Below are positions 39,577 through 49,706 of a DNA stretch of 64,000 nucleotides, in pieces. The stretch lies in IMG/VR virus record IMGVR_UViG_3300044724_004089. One strand, written 5' to 3'. Numbering within the stretch: position 1 is the first letter of the stretch; every line of letters begins with the position of its first letter. A model generated the notes under the pieces. That model saw nothing but the letters and a program-made list of their open reading frames with translations, did no database searches and had not been told where the DNA came from. The position numbers were made by a program, and so were the translations under genes. The stretch is from an uncultured virus (IMG/VR IMGVR_UViG_3300044724_004089). Taxonomy: Duplodnaviria > Heunggongvirae > Uroviricota > Caudoviricetes.

Positions 39577-41312
39577 AAACATTTAAAGAATACACAGGTG
39601 CAAGTATCAGAATAGGTGGTGCAGACAGTGTAGTGCCTATGGCAGACCTTGGAGATAATCCACCAAAAGGTCAAGGTGGTAGAGATATGAGAGGTGTTGG
39701 ACTTCACGCATCAGCAGGTATAAAGTATCTTATATATCAGACAGGAAACGTAGGTAAGACTGCAAGAATTGTAATGAAGAACCTTAAAGACATTCAGACT
39801 GCAAGGGATTGGATTAAAGATAACGGACATAGTTTTGACCATAAAGGTAAGAACTTTAGAATATATCAATACAAAGGTAACCCTAATAATATTAGACCAG
39901 ATGATTTAATTGAAGACTTCAGACCTGTTGGTCAACAAAAAGTAAGTGATTTAATTTTTACAGGTAGTGCGAGTGGTAGGGATAATCAATTATTAAATTT
40001 ATGGATACCAATATCTAGTGCAATGTTTCAACGTGTATTTCCAAAAATGGTAAGAGCAAGAATATTTCACGTTACAGAGGCAAGTAAATTTGACCAACTT
40101 TATAGAATACAAAACAGCAAATCATCTATAGCAGGATTTCAACAGATGCATAGAAAAGTTATACAATCAGGTATTGCAAGTGGGGCAGGTGTCTGTGTTG
40201 AATTAGAAGGTAACGCACTTCTCAGTTCAGCAAACGATTTAGGTTCTATACCTGTAGTAGATGGTAGAAGATTTGTAAGTTACGATTTCTTTTATGATGA
40301 TAGACGTAAACCTAAAATACCTAGTATGGATGGTGATTTAAAAAGACTTATCAAAACATTAATCGATAAATATGCAGACCCAGAAATTAATAGAAAGAGA
40401 ACTTCTCCTTACTTTTCAGATTATGAAGTTTTTAAAAGTATAAAAGCAACACACACTTTTTATAAAGGTGAAGGTGGTCAACAAGCAAAAGATTCTGGTA
40501 AAAAAATGCAAATGTGTATAAAAGATTACTTTGATGGTATAGAGAAAATAATATCAAGTCGTCAAAAAGAAGTTCAAGAAGTATTGACAGGTTATTTAAG
40601 AAGAAGAAACTCCGAGAGAAATTGGGATGAAATCATAGTAGATGATTTTAATATCTTAAAAGTTTTCATAATAAAAGACCACGAAGAAACTTATCTATTT
40701 AAAAAAGATCAGTTAGACCACGAGGCGTTCAAAAAAGAATTACAATTTACAAGACTACCTGTTCAAATTAAAACATCAGACGAAGTACAAAGATATGTTG
40801 CACAAGTATCTAAACAAGAAATGGCAAAAGCATTAAGAGAGTCAACTGACTTAACAAAAGCACAAATTAAAAAAGTTCATAAGGTAGCAGATGAGTTGCC
40901 AAAGAAAGATTTTAGAGATAGATATGGTAAGAAAAAAGGTGATGCAGTAAGATATGGTACTGCAACAAATATGGTAAAGAAGAAATTAGGTCTAGAAGAT
41001 ACTAAAAGAATACCTAGAAAACCTGGACAAAAAGCAGGTTCAGATAAACATTCAGACTTGTATACAGACGAGAACCCTAGAGGTACGATACACGGTTTAG
41101 GTTTTACAGATGAAAAGAAAGCAAGAGAATCAATTAATAAAATTAAGAATTCTGGCAAGACACACGCACATAAGATGCAGGCGGCGATAGCAATGAGTCA
41201 AAGAGCAAAAGTTGCCAGTCAAAGAGCAAAAGATCCAGAAAAGAAAAAGAATTTAGGACAAGCACATAAGGTGTATCAAAGTTATATAGATACTAATAAG
41301 AAAAGTAAATAA
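39573..41312 (+). CDS. modular putative internal virion protein
   Basis: MKTFKEY start; central FHVT...WDEIIV domain; C-terminal HSDLYTDENP.GTIHGLGF module. Confidence 0.55.
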   Translation: MKTFKEYTGASIRIGGADSVVPMADLGDNPPKGQGGRDMRGVGLHASAGIKYLIYQTGNVGKTARIVMKNLKDIQTARDWIKDNGHSFDHKGKNFRIYQYKGNPNNIRPDDLIEDFRPVGQQKVSDLIFTGSASGRDNQLLNLWIPISSAMFQRVFPKMVRARIFHVTEASKFDQLYRIQNSKSSIAGFQQMHRKVIQSGIASGAGVCVELEGNALLSSANDLGSIPVVDGRRFVSYDFFYDDRRKPKIPSMDGDLKRLIKTLIDKYADPEINRKRTSPYFSDYEVFKSIKATHTFYKGEGGQQAKDSGKKMQMCIKDYFDGIEKIISSRQKEVQEVLTGYLRRRNSERNWDEIIVDDFNILKVFIIKDHEETYLFKKDQLDHEAFKKELQFTRLPVQIKTSDEVQRYVAQVSKQEMAKALRESTDLTKAQIKKVHKVADELPKKDFRDRYGKKKGDAVRYGTATNMVKKKLGLEDTKRIPRKPGQKAGSDKHSDLYTDENPRGTIHGLGFTDEKKARESINKIKNSGKTHAHKMQAAIAMSQRAKVASQRAKDPEKKKNLGQAHKVYQSYIDTNKKSK

Positions 41313-41329
41313 TGATAAGGAGAAATTGA

Positions 41330-42094
41330 ATGATTAAAGATGATAGTGCTTTGAGTTTGAAAACTGTGGGACATATGCCTCTTATAGAAACTTTAGATGA
41401 ATTAAATCTTAACATTGTAGATAAAAGATTATGCAGAATAAATGTTTACGAGTGTTTATCTCAATTAGTAGATTTAGATGATAAACACATATTAGATTGG
41501 GGTTGTAGAAATGGGTTTTTTATATTCGATAGTTTCGATTCTAAAAAAATCAACATATCAAAATATACGGGTGTGGATGTTAGCACAGAAAAATTAAATG
41601 AATTGAAATCAATGTTTCCCGATGCAAATACAATTCATTATGATAAATTTAATCAACAATATAATTCAAAGGGTTTAAAAGAACCCGAATGGTGTCTAAA
41701 CGAAGATGATAAATTTGACGTGATTTTTTCACACTCAGTTTTTAATCATATTTCATTTGAAGAATTTGAATATGTATTCAATAGACAAAAAAATCATTTA
41801 AGAAAAAACGGTGTAATAATTCATCATTTTTGTGATTTGTATAATGTAGCAGATGCACAGTTTATGCTACCGAAAAATAAGTTAAAAAAATATTTAAGAG
41901 GTGAATATTTTCCTACTGAAGAATTATACAGATTTGATGATGAAGTTGTTACAATATATAATGATGATAAATTTCATAATTGTTATCGATTTGATTCTAT
42001 GTTTAGTAGACATTACGTCAAAGAAAAATTGAATTGTGAAATAAACGAATATGATATGTTATTATGTTCAGCAATTTATAAAAGGGAGGATTAA
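41330..42094 (+). CDS. class I SAM-dependent methyltransferase
   Basis: ILDWGCRNG, YTGVDVS, FDVIFSHSVFNH. Confidence 0.85.
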   Translation: MIKDDSALSLKTVGHMPLIETLDELNLNIVDKRLCRINVYECLSQLVDLDDKHILDWGCRNGFFIFDSFDSKKINISKYTGVDVSTEKLNELKSMFPDANTIHYDKFNQQYNSKGLKEPEWCLNEDDKFDVIFSHSVFNHISFEEFEYVFNRQKNHLRKNGVIIHHFCDLYNVADAQFMLPKNKLKKYLRGEYFPTEELYRFDDEVVTIYNDDKFHNCYRFDSMFSRHYVKEKLNCEINEYDMLLCSAIYKRED

Positions 42095-42490
42095 ATGGCA
42101 TTACCATTTTTAGGTTCAGCACTTGGTCTCGTAGGAGATTTAGCAGGTAATTGGATGAAAGGTAAAGTCGAAAAATCAAAAGCAGAAGGTGAAGTTAAAG
42201 TCGCCGAGGCAAAAGCAAAAGCAAAAATACTAGAGAAACAAGCAACTGGTGAAATAGATTGGGATTTAGAGGCAATAAAAGGTTCTCAAAATTCCTGGAA
42301 GGATGAGTGGTTGACAATTATCTTTTCTATACCACTAGTAATGTGTTTCATACCTGGTATGGAAGAAATTGTGTCGAATGGTTTTGCAAGACTTAACGAA
42401 CTACCAGAATGGTATCAATACACATTAGGTGTCATTGTCGCCGCAAGTTTTGGTGTGCGATCTGCCTCGAAGTTTTTCGGTAAGAAGTAG
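42095..42490 (+). CDS. holin-like membrane protein
   Basis: Amphipathic N-terminus, SWKDE, two TM segments, P.WYQ, ASFGVR, basic tail. Confidence 0.55.
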   Translation: MALPFLGSALGLVGDLAGNWMKGKVEKSKAEGEVKVAEAKAKAKILEKQATGEIDWDLEAIKGSQNSWKDEWLTIIFSIPLVMCFIPGMEEIVSNGFARLNELPEWYQYTLGVIVAASFGVRSASKFFGKK

Positions 42491-42507
42491 TCAAAACTAT
42501 GACTTTG

Positions 42508-42548
42508 TTGACAGTCATTTTATTGTGACTGTCAATACTTTGTTTTTT
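42508..42548 (+). terminator. intrinsic terminator-like hairpin
   Basis: TTGACAGTCA / TGACTGTCAA perfect 10-bp inverted repeat followed by a T-rich tract. Confidence 0.55.
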
Positions 42549-42563
42549 AACTAAATACTATAG

Positions 42564-42770
42564 GTGTCTATGAAAAGATTAAGACAACCAATGCTCTATA
42601 GAGTATTGAAGAGAAGAAAACGACCTGACAGTAGAACATTACTTTATATTTTAAATAATAAATTTTTAACCATTAGAAAACAGAAAGACAGAAGACGCAG
42701 AAGAACATTAAAAAAGTTAGGTGTAGAGAGAAAGACAATAAGATATGGAAGATTCCAATGTAGATATTAA
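42564..42770 (+). CDS. small highly basic hypothetical protein
   Basis: Arg/Lys-rich ORF behind a CTAAATA late-promoter variant; start uncertain. Confidence 0.4.
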   Translation: MSMKRLRQPMLYRVLKRRKRPDSRTLLYILNNKFLTIRKQKDRRRRRTLKKLGVERKTIRYGRFQCRY

Positions 42771-43173
42771 AGTTCAGATTGAGGGTCTAAAAAAAGATAT
42801 AGAGAATGTTACAAACATTCAATCTAGAATAGACACTGCAATAGAAAAAATGACTGATGTGTCCACCAGCATCAAATCAATGTTGGCAGTACACGAAGAG
42901 AAATTAGCAAAGCAAGAGCAAATAGATGAAGTCATATTTGACAAGTTGAAAGAAAGACAGTCAAGTATAAATCAAGTTTATGATGATCTTCATAAAAATA
43001 TTAATCAAGTAGAACGCAGATTACTATTAGAAATCAAAACACTGAAACACGATATGAACAGTAGAGTTGGTATGTTAGAAAAGTGGAAATGGTTGATAAT
43101 TGGTGGTTCTATTGTTATTGGTTTTATACTATCAAAAAACTTAATGCCACTCATAGATATGATGTCAAAATAG
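42745..43173 (+). CDS. coiled-coil protein with C-terminal TM helix
   Basis: MLAVHEEKL, LEKWKW followed by a hydrophobic segment; precedes the primase. Confidence 0.65.
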   Translation: MEDSNVDIKVQIEGLKKDIENVTNIQSRIDTAIEKMTDVSTSIKSMLAVHEEKLAKQEQIDEVIFDKLKERQSSINQVYDDLHKNINQVERRLLLEIKTLKHDMNSRVGMLEKWKWLIIGGSIVIGFILSKNLMPLIDMMSK

Positions 43174-43175
43174 AC

Positions 43176-43204
43176 TTGACAATATAGTTTGTTTCAAGTA
43201 TAGT
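43176..43204 (+). promoter_or_regulatory. sigma70-type promoter of gp61 (leaderless-type)
   Basis: TTGACA-17-TATAGT; ATG 6 nt downstream. Confidence 0.7.
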
Positions 43205-43210
43205 CATTCA

Positions 43211-44206
43211 ATGACTTCATATACAGATTTAAAATATATATCTAAAATATCATCTAGATTAGAACAGTTTAAGCAGAAAAACAACCTGTTCAACTTCAGA
43301 TGCCCACACTGTGGTGATTCGAAGAAATCAAAGACTAAAGCAAGAGCATATCTCTATATGAAAAAGAACGATATGTTTTTCAAGTGTCACAACTGTGGTA
43401 TGGGTCAAAATCTTTTAAACTTCCTCAAGTTTGTTGACCCCAAAGTATATGAAGAATACTTGCTTGACAGGTATAAAGGCAGTAGACCTGCGACACCAAA
43501 ACCAGAGTTCAACTTTAAACCTGTCAAGTTTTTAAATACTACAATACTAGATGACATATCAAAAGTGTGTGACTTAAATGACACACACCCTGTCAAACAA
43601 TACTGTTTAGATAGAAAGATACCAGAAAAACATCTTGACAAATTATATTTTTGTGATAAGTTTACAGAGTTTGTTAATAAAGTAAAGAAAGATACATTTA
43701 CTACCGCTAGAGAGCATTCTAGACTGATTATACCGTTCTTTAATGCATCTAAGAAACTTATAGCATTTCAAGGTAGAGCATTAGGAAATGAAAACCCAAA
43801 GTATCTTACAATTAAAGTTGACCCAGATGCTAAAAAAATATATGGTTTAGACAGAATTAACTTACAAGACCACATATATATTACAGAAGGTCCGATAGAC
43901 TCTCTATTCATAGACAATTGTATCGCCGCCGGTGGTGCTGACTTACTATTTGAAGAAGTCCCTTCTAAACAAGTAACATATATATTTGACAACGAACCTA
44001 GAAACCTTGAAATTATAAATAGAATGTCAAAGGTAATAGAACAAGGGTTCAATATTGTTATCTGGTCTGATGAAGTGAAAGAAAAAGACGTAAACGAAAT
44101 GATTATGAATGGATTATCAAAAGACGAACTAATTAAAATTATTAAAGAAAATACATATTCAAAGTTATCTGCTTTGACTAAATTAACATATTGGAGGAAA
44201 CGATAA
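43211..44206 (+). CDS. gp61: DNA primase gp61
   Basis: Zinc finger RCPHCGDS...KCHNCG; TOPRIM EGPIDS, FDNE, KDVN. Confidence 0.95.
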   Translation: MTSYTDLKYISKISSRLEQFKQKNNLFNFRCPHCGDSKKSKTKARAYLYMKKNDMFFKCHNCGMGQNLLNFLKFVDPKVYEEYLLDRYKGSRPATPKPEFNFKPVKFLNTTILDDISKVCDLNDTHPVKQYCLDRKIPEKHLDKLYFCDKFTEFVNKVKKDTFTTAREHSRLIIPFFNASKKLIAFQGRALGNENPKYLTIKVDPDAKKIYGLDRINLQDHIYITEGPIDSLFIDNCIAAGGADLLFEEVPSKQVTYIFDNEPRNLEIINRMSKVIEQGFNIVIWSDEVKEKDVNEMIMNGLSKDELIKIIKENTYSKLSALTKLTYWRKR

Positions 44207-46503
44207 TGGAAAAAGAAATATCAGTTGTTAAACGAAGAGAAAGAGGCAGAGAAACTTTAAATATAGAAAAGATACACGAGATGGTAGAGTATGCTGTTGA
44301 GGGTATCAATGGTGTTTCTACATCTCAAGTTGAAATGAATAGTGGTTTACAATTCTATGATGGTATAACGACTGATGAAATACAACAGATACTTGTTAAA
44401 TCTGCCGCCGATTTAATATCATTAGAAAAACCAAACTATCAATATGTTGCCGCCAGATTATTACTTTACAGTTTAAGAAAACAAATTTTCAATAGACTTT
44501 GGGATCACCCACATTTCTATGCTCACGTTCAAAAGTGTGTAGACAAAGGTTTATATGATAAAGAAATATTAGATAATTATAGTGAAGATGAATTTAATCA
44601 AATGGAATCTTGGTTAGATCATAAAAGAGATTACAACTTTACTTATGCTGGATTAAGACAAGTTATTGATAAATATTTAGTACAAGACAGAAGTACAGGT
44701 GAGGTTTTTGAATCACCACAGTTTATGTATATGATGATTTCTGCAACAGTGTTTGCAAAGTATCCTGATACTTCTAGAATGGGTTATGTAAAAAGATATT
44801 ATGATGCTATTAGCAATTTTAAAATCAATATTCCTACTCCCGTTATGGCGGGTGTTCGAACTCCTTTGCGTCAGTATGCTAGTTGTGTTTTGGTTGACGT
44901 TGATGATACTCTCGATAGTATTTTTTCTAGTGATATGGGTATTGGTAGGTATGTTGCTCAAAGGGCAGGAATTGGTATCAACGCAGGCAGAATAAGAGGC
45001 ATCAATTCTAGAATTAGAGGTGGTGAAGTTCAACACACAGGTGTTATACCATTTCTTAAAAAGTTTGAATCAACAGTTAAGTGTTGCACACAAAATGGTG
45101 TAAGAGGTGGTAGTGCAACTGTTCACTTCCCAATATGGCACGCCGAGATAGAAGATATTATTGTATTGAAAAACAATAAAGGTTCAGATGACAACAGAGT
45201 TAGAAAGTTAGATTACTCAATTCAATTATCTAAACTATTCTATGAGAGATTTATTAATGATCAAGAGATAACTTTATTTTCACCACACGAAGTTCCTGAA
45301 TTATATGATGCGTGGGGAACTGATGAGTTTGATTCACTATATGAAAAAGCAGAAAGAAAACACGTTAAGAAAAAGAAAATTAGTTGTCAACAATTATTTT
45401 TTGATATATTAAAAGAAAGAGCAGAAACAGGTCGTATTTACATTATGAATATCGACCATTGTAATACTCATTCTAGTTTTAAAGATAGAGTTTATATGTC
45501 AAACTTGTGTCAAGAGATTACTTTACCTACAGACCCAATACAACACATAGACGGTGAGGGTGAAATAGCATTATGTATTTTAAGTGCTATAAATGTAGGT
45601 GCTATGAAATCACTTGATGAATTAGAAGATTTATGTGATTTAGCAGTGAGAGGTTTAGATGAAATAATAGACCATCAGAAATATCCAGTAAAGGCGGCAG
45701 AGATATCGACTAAAGCAAGAAGAAGTTTAGGTATAGGTTATATTGGTCTTGCTCACTATCTTGCAAAACACAAAGTTACTTATGATAATCCAGATGCTTG
45801 GAAGTTAGTTGATGAACTTACAGAGGCATTTCAATTTCATTTACTATGGGCAAGTTGTAACCTTGCTAAAGAAAAAGGTAAGTGTGAATATTTTGATAGA
45901 ACAAAATATGCAGATGGTATTTTACCTATTGATACATATAAAAAAGATGTTGATGAATTAGTTGACAGAGAATTATCTTTACCTTGGAACAAATTAAGAG
46001 AAGATATAAAAGCAAATGGTTTAAGACATAGCACATTGTCAGCACAGATGCCATCTGAATCATCTAGTGTTGTAAGTAATGCAACAAATGGTATTGAACC
46101 ACCTAGAGATTATTTAAGTGTAAAGAAGTCAAAGAAAGGACCACTAAAACAAGTTGTACCTGATTATCATAAACTTAAAAATTATTATACATTATTATGG
46201 GATATGAAAGATATGTCAGGTTACATAAATATAGTTTCTGTTATGCAAAAATACTTTGATCAAGCAATTAGTGGTAACTGGTCTTATAATCCAGAACACT
46301 TTGAAGATGGTCAAGTTCCTGTTTCAGTTATGGCACAAGACTTGTTAACAACATACAAGTTAGGTTGGAAGACTTCTTATTATCAGAATACATATGATAG
46401 TAAGAAAGATGAAGATGAACCAGCACACCCGATAGGGTTCAAAGACGAAGTGCCTGAAACAAAAGTAGAAGATGAAGAAGAATGTGAAAGTTGTGCAATA
46501 TAG
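44206..46503 (+). CDS. nrdA: class Ia ribonucleotide reductase alpha subunit
   Basis: ATP cone, PTPVM, SCVL, SNLCQEI, QMPSESSS, KTSYY, C-terminal CESC. Confidence 0.97.
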   Translation: MEKEISVVKRRERGRETLNIEKIHEMVEYAVEGINGVSTSQVEMNSGLQFYDGITTDEIQQILVKSAADLISLEKPNYQYVAARLLLYSLRKQIFNRLWDHPHFYAHVQKCVDKGLYDKEILDNYSEDEFNQMESWLDHKRDYNFTYAGLRQVIDKYLVQDRSTGEVFESPQFMYMMISATVFAKYPDTSRMGYVKRYYDAISNFKINIPTPVMAGVRTPLRQYASCVLVDVDDTLDSIFSSDMGIGRYVAQRAGIGINAGRIRGINSRIRGGEVQHTGVIPFLKKFESTVKCCTQNGVRGGSATVHFPIWHAEIEDIIVLKNNKGSDDNRVRKLDYSIQLSKLFYERFINDQEITLFSPHEVPELYDAWGTDEFDSLYEKAERKHVKKKKISCQQLFFDILKERAETGRIYIMNIDHCNTHSSFKDRVYMSNLCQEITLPTDPIQHIDGEGEIALCILSAINVGAMKSLDELEDLCDLAVRGLDEIIDHQKYPVKAAEISTKARRSLGIGYIGLAHYLAKHKVTYDNPDAWKLVDELTEAFQFHLLWASCNLAKEKGKCEYFDRTKYADGILPIDTYKKDVDELVDRELSLPWNKLREDIKANGLRHSTLSAQMPSESSSVVSNATNGIEPPRDYLSVKKSKKGPLKQVVPDYHKLKNYYTLLWDMKDMSGYINIVSVMQKYFDQAISGNWSYNPEHFEDGQVPVSVMAQDLLTTYKLGWKTSYYQNTYDSKKDEDEPAHPIGFKDEVPETKVEDEEECESCAI

Positions 46504-46512
46504 GGAGGTAAT

Positions 46513-47160
46513 ATGGCGTATTTAGCATTAAACACACCACACGAAGAAGTTTGGGTCAAGAAAGAATATCTATATGATTTAGAAAAAGGTCACGGTGAAT
46601 TAACACCTGGCGTTTGGGTTACTGCAAAATCAATTATGGGTAGAGCATTGTACTTTGAAACTTTTTTACCAGAGTATGGTGCGTTGTTTGATAAACTACC
46701 TATATCAGCATTTGTATGGAAAAAAGATTACGAAGGTAATTTACCTTTGACAGAATTACAATTATGGGATTGTTTTAGTTACGATATAACAATTGTGCAA
46801 AAACAATTATTAGCAGGTAGTATGTGTAAGTATATGTCACCAGAAAAGAAATGGTACAAAGGTCATTATTGGTGGACAATTGATAGTGCTTGGTCAACAG
46901 ATATGGAGAGAGATGTTTCATTTGCAGAAGTACCAAGTCAGCATAAATCATTTAATATTATAGCATTAGAAAATGGACATATTGCCGCCCAACCAAATAA
47001 CAGAGTTATTTTTTATGATAAATCTTTATCACCAAGTAAGTTAAAGTTTCCTGATTTTAAAGTTTCTACTGTAGAATATGAAGTAGAAGGTACACATAAA
47101 TGGACTGCTGGTGATAGTGAAGAGTGGCACTATGAACTAAAGGATATGAAAGATGAGTAA
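46513..47160 (+). CDS. hypothetical protein between nrdA and nrdB
   Basis: Strong SD GGGAGG; LQLWDCFSY, HKSFN, AAQPNNR. Confidence 0.7.
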   Translation: MAYLALNTPHEEVWVKKEYLYDLEKGHGELTPGVWVTAKSIMGRALYFETFLPEYGALFDKLPISAFVWKKDYEGNLPLTELQLWDCFSYDITIVQKQLLAGSMCKYMSPEKKWYKGHYWWTIDSAWSTDMERDVSFAEVPSQHKSFNIIALENGHIAAQPNNRVIFYDKSLSPSKLKFPDFKVSTVEYEVEGTHKWTAGDSEEWHYELKDMKDE

Positions 47161-48256
47161 AAGTGTGTTTAATAAAAATAAAGGATTAGATGCTACTAAA
47201 CAACCAATGTTTTTTGGTGAAGATTTAGCAGTACAAAGATATGATACTTTTAAGTATCCAGTGTTTGATAAATTAAATCAAACACAATTAGGATATTTTT
47301 GGAGACCAGAAGAAGTATCTTTACAAAAAGATAGAAATGATTTTCTTGAGTTAAGAGATGAGCAGAAGTTTATCTTTACATCTAATTTAAAATATCAAAC
47401 TATGTTAGATAGTGTGCAAGGTAGAGGTCCTTGTTTAGCATTTCTACCATTTGTATCTCTACCTGAAATAGAGGGTTGTATTGTAACTTGGGATTTTATG
47501 GAAACTATACATTCTAGAAGTTATACATACATTATAAAGAACTTGTATCCAAACCCTAGTGATGTGTTTGATACCATCATAGAAGATGAGAAGATAGAAC
47601 GTAGAGCAAAGTCTGTTACTCAAACTTATGATGATCTGATACAAATGGGTTATCAATGGTCAGTAGCACCTGATAAAGTTGATATGTATGAGTTAAAGAA
47701 GAAATTATGGTTAGCATTAGTAACTGTTAACATACTTGAAGGTTTAAGATTTTATGTATCTTTTGCTTGTTCATTTGCATTTGGTGAACTTAAAAAGTTA
47801 GAAGGTTCAGCAAAGATAATATCATTTATAGCAAGAGATGAAAGTCAACACTTTGCAATGTCACAGAATATAATTAATAATTATAGAGAAAGAGAAAATG
47901 ACAAAGTGATGAACCAAGTAATAAAAGATACAGAAGATTTAGTTTATAAAATGTTTGATGAGGCAGTACAGGAGGAGAAGAGATGGGCAACATATCTATT
48001 TTCGCAAGGAAGTATGATAGGATTATCAGAAAAACTGTTACACCAGTTTGTAGAACATATGGCAAACCGAAGAATGAAGGCGATACGTCTAACTCCGAAG
48101 TACGATCAAAAGTCAAACCCTTTACCTTGGATAACACATTGGTTAAGTAGTAGAGGTTTACAAAATGCACCACAAGAAACAGAAATTGAATCATACGTCA
48201 TAGGTGGTATAAAACAAGACGTAAAGAAAGATCAATTTAAACAATTTAAACTATGA
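47153..48256 (+). CDS. nrdB: class Ia ribonucleotide reductase beta subunit
   Basis: FWRPEE, LDSVQGR, ETIHSRSY, LEGLRFY, RDESQH. Confidence 0.97.
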   Translation: MSKSVFNKNKGLDATKQPMFFGEDLAVQRYDTFKYPVFDKLNQTQLGYFWRPEEVSLQKDRNDFLELRDEQKFIFTSNLKYQTMLDSVQGRGPCLAFLPFVSLPEIEGCIVTWDFMETIHSRSYTYIIKNLYPNPSDVFDTIIEDEKIERRAKSVTQTYDDLIQMGYQWSVAPDKVDMYELKKKLWLALVTVNILEGLRFYVSFACSFAFGELKKLEGSAKIISFIARDESQHFAMSQNIINNYRERENDKVMNQVIKDTEDLVYKMFDEAVQEEKRWATYLFSQGSMIGLSEKLLHQFVEHMANRRMKAIRLTPKYDQKSNPLPWITHWLSSRGLQNAPQETEIESYVIGGIKQDVKKDQFKQFKL

Positions 48257-48414
48257 TAAAAAAACATAAATGTCACAGTTGCAATATGGAAATGAAAATC
48301 GTATTTGATGAAACTAAAGAAATATACCCTATTATATGTCCATTTTGTGGACACGAATTTGATGATGAGGAGATGAATAATTATGATGTTGAAGACGAGG
48401 ACGATTGGGATTGA
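48253..48414 (+). CDS. small zinc-ribbon protein with acidic tail (not in ORF track)
   Basis: 53 aa: CHSC...CPFCG then DDEEMNNYDVEDEDDWD; ATGA overlap with the nrdB stop. Confidence 0.7.
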   Translation: MIKKHKCHSCNMEMKIVFDETKEIYPIICPFCGHEFDDEEMNNYDVEDEDDWD

Positions 48415-48955
48415 TTACAGTTTAAATAGTCCAGCAGTTTGTATAAATGAAGATAAATTAGAAGATGTTGATATTTCAAAAGTTACTTTTCATTTCTTAA
48501 CTAAAAAGAAAAAGTATCTTGGCAATATTGCTAAAGGTGTAACAGGTTATGAATATCCATTGTATAAAACACCTGAAGAAAGATTTGATGCTATATCTAA
48601 TTGGGTATTCGACCTAATAAGTGATATACATAGTAATGTATATATTGAAGGATATTCCTATGGTTCAAAAGGTCAAGGTTTATTTCAGATAGCAGAAAAT
48701 GGTGGTTTACTTAAACATAAATTGTGGAAATCATCAAAAGTAGAATTTAATATATTAGTACCAAGTGTAATCAAAAAGAGAGCAACTGGTAAAGGTAACG
48801 CAGACAAACAAAAAATGTATGAGCAATTTATGAAAGATGGTGGACAAGATTTAGTATCTGTTTTGGGTATGAATAAATTAGATAATCCTGTTACTGACAT
48901 TGTTGATTCATACTATATTATGAGGACAGGATATGAAGATAGGTATAGTTACTAG
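48383..48955 (+). CDS. RuvC-like Holliday junction resolvase
   Basis: GIDYS, IEGYS, KKRATGKGNADK, DIVDS. Confidence 0.8.
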   Translation: MMLKTRTIGIDYSLNSPAVCINEDKLEDVDISKVTFHFLTKKKKYLGNIAKGVTGYEYPLYKTPEERFDAISNWVFDLISDIHSNVYIEGYSYGSKGQGLFQIAENGGLLKHKLWKSSKVEFNILVPSVIKKRATGKGNADKQKMYEQFMKDGGQDLVSVLGMNKLDNPVTDIVDSYYIMRTGYEDRYSY

Positions 48956-49706
48956 TTTTAATGAAAAGTTATATCATTATTATGCACATAGATTTTTAGA
49001 ATCATACAATCTACCATTTAATCTACACATTTATCACGAAGGTTGGACACCTGAAGATTTTCCATTAAGAGATAATATACATTACATTGATATCAATTCA
49101 GGTAAAAATGGAAATGAGTTAAGAAAATTTAAAGCAAGGATGAGTGGTTACAATGTAGATAGTGTTGTACCCGGCGAACCACAAAAGATAATTCACGGAA
49201 CAAATTATAAAAAAGACGGCATTAGATTTGCTTACAAAGTTTTTGCTAAAACAGATTTGATGACAAATGGTAAAACAAATTATGATTATGTATTTTGGAT
49301 TGATGCTGATATGATATTTAAAAAATCATTCAATGCAAAAGATGTTGTAGAAAAGTTTTTACCAGGAGATTATCAAATCTCTCATATACACAGACCAACA
49401 TATTATAGTGAATGTGGTTTTGTAGGATATAATTTAAGACACTGGCAAACAAGAGTATTTGTTCAAAGATTTAGAGAGATGTATACTCATTTAAATCTAT
49501 TAACAGAAAAAGAGTGGCACGATAGTTATTTGTTTGATGTAGTTAGAAAAAAATTAACAAAAGAATTAAACGGTGATATAAAGTTTTATAATTTATCACC
49601 AACTATAAGAAAAGTTGGCAATCCTTGGCCAGATACACCAATGGCAGAATATATGGACCATCTAAAAGGTAAAGCAAGAAAAGATGCAGGAGAAATGTTA
49701 AAATGA
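48933..49706 (+). CDS. GT-A glycosyltransferase-like protein
   Basis: RFAYKV, WIDAD, ECGF, WHDS, DHLKG. Confidence 0.65.
   Translation: MKIGIVTSFNEKLYHYYAHRFLESYNLPFNLHIYHEGWTPEDFPLRDNIHYIDINSGKNGNELRKFKARMSGYNVDSVVPGEPQKIIHGTNYKKDGIRFAYKVFAKTDLMTNGKTNYDYVFWIDADMIFKKSFNAKDVVEKFLPGDYQISHIHRPTYYSECGFVGYNLRHWQTRVFVQRFREMYTHLNLLTEKEWHDSYLFDVVRKKLTKELNGDIKFYNLSPTIRKVGNPWPDTPMAEYMDHLKGKARKDAGEMLK

Noticed and set aside
46513..47160. Homing endonuclease or intron between nrdA and nrdB
   Set aside because: No HNH, GIY-YIG or LAGLIDADG motif; nrdA and nrdB are both complete and uninterrupted.
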